From positions 1 to 24,660 of IMG/VR virus record IMGVR_UViG_3300012041_000240: a stretch of 24,660 bases of DNA; one strand, given 5' to 3'. Shown one piece after another: positions 24,153 to 24,660 of the stretch. Under the pieces are notes generated by a model. The model was not told the DNA's origin. It saw only the letters and a program-made list of their open reading frames with translations, and ran no database searches. The stretch comes from a virus (lineage: Duplodnaviria; Caudoviricetes). The position numbers and the translations under genes were made by a program. Each line of letters opens with the position of its first letter. Position 1 is the stretch's first letter.

Positions 24153-24660
24153 ATGGCAATGGGCTGGGATGACGCCGCGATGATTGGGGCTCAGCTGGTG
24201 GGGGGCCTCCTAGGCGGCGGGGATGAGGCTCAAGAGCGAGCGTCCTTCAGGAATCAGAAGGTAAGCGGGGTCAGCGTGGACCCCAGGAATCTCCAGGCCC
24301 AGGCCAAAGTTGGGGGGGAGGATATGCTGTCTGCCCTCCTGGACTGGCTGGGGCAGGACATTACCATGAAAACCACGGTCCAGCCCCTCCCGAGCTATGT
24401 TGGCGGGGGGTTGCCAATGGCTATCTCGGCTCCAGGCAAGGATCAGGCCCTGGCTAATCCGGGCCTATTGACGACGCCGGGCCTCAAGGTTCAGCGGCGA
24501 GCCCTAGACCCTCGGCTAAACGACAAAGCCGAGGGTAGCGGGGGCCTGTTCGGGAATCTTGCGAAACAAGTGGCAGAGAAGCAGGGAATACTCCCCGGCC
24601 CCAATTTGTCGGATGAAGTGGGCGGGCGGGCACCGGCCCCAGTGATGTCTCCGCAAGCTC
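24153..24660 (+). CDS. DNA ejection / internal virion protein (partial, runs off the window)
   Basis: RBS GAGGAG; MAMGWDDAAMIGAQLVGGLLGGG N-terminus; frame open to the end. Confidence 0.6.
   Translation, partial: MAMGWDDAAMIGAQLVGGLLGGGDEAQERASFRNQKVSGVSVDPRNLQAQAKVGGEDMLSALLDWLGQDITMKTTVQPLPSYVGGGLPMAISAPGKDQALANPGLLTTPGLKVQRRALDPRLNDKAEGSGGLFGNLAKQVAEKQGILPGPNLSDEVGGRAPAPVMSPQA

Overview
The window is the morphogenesis arm of a GC-rich, podovirus-like (P22/T7-type gene order) tailed phage or prophage, almost all on the + strand. In order: DUF1508/YegP-like gene, an unknown gene, a winged-HTH gene, GH108 endolysin, terminase large subunit split into ATPase and nuclease ORFs, portal, scaffold, major capsid protein (MCP), head decoration proteins, adaptor, holin, a ~6 kb accessory cassette, nozzle/tail-tube protein, tail-fibre pair, GNAT-like protein and the start of an ejection protein. 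Four things stand out. (1) A 13-bp palindrome TGTAAT(C/G)ATTACA occurs 11 times, mostly at gene junctions. (2) The putative MCP starts with a classical Sec-type signal peptide. (3) The MCP ribosome-binding region and signal-peptide start (74 bp) are copied exactly onto a cassette gene, preceded by a patchwork of two antisense fragments of other phage genes. (4) The cassette encodes five signal-peptide-bearing, Cys-containing proteins plus an inverted FkbM methyltransferase. All product calls rest on motif recognition and synteny by eye; no database searches were run.
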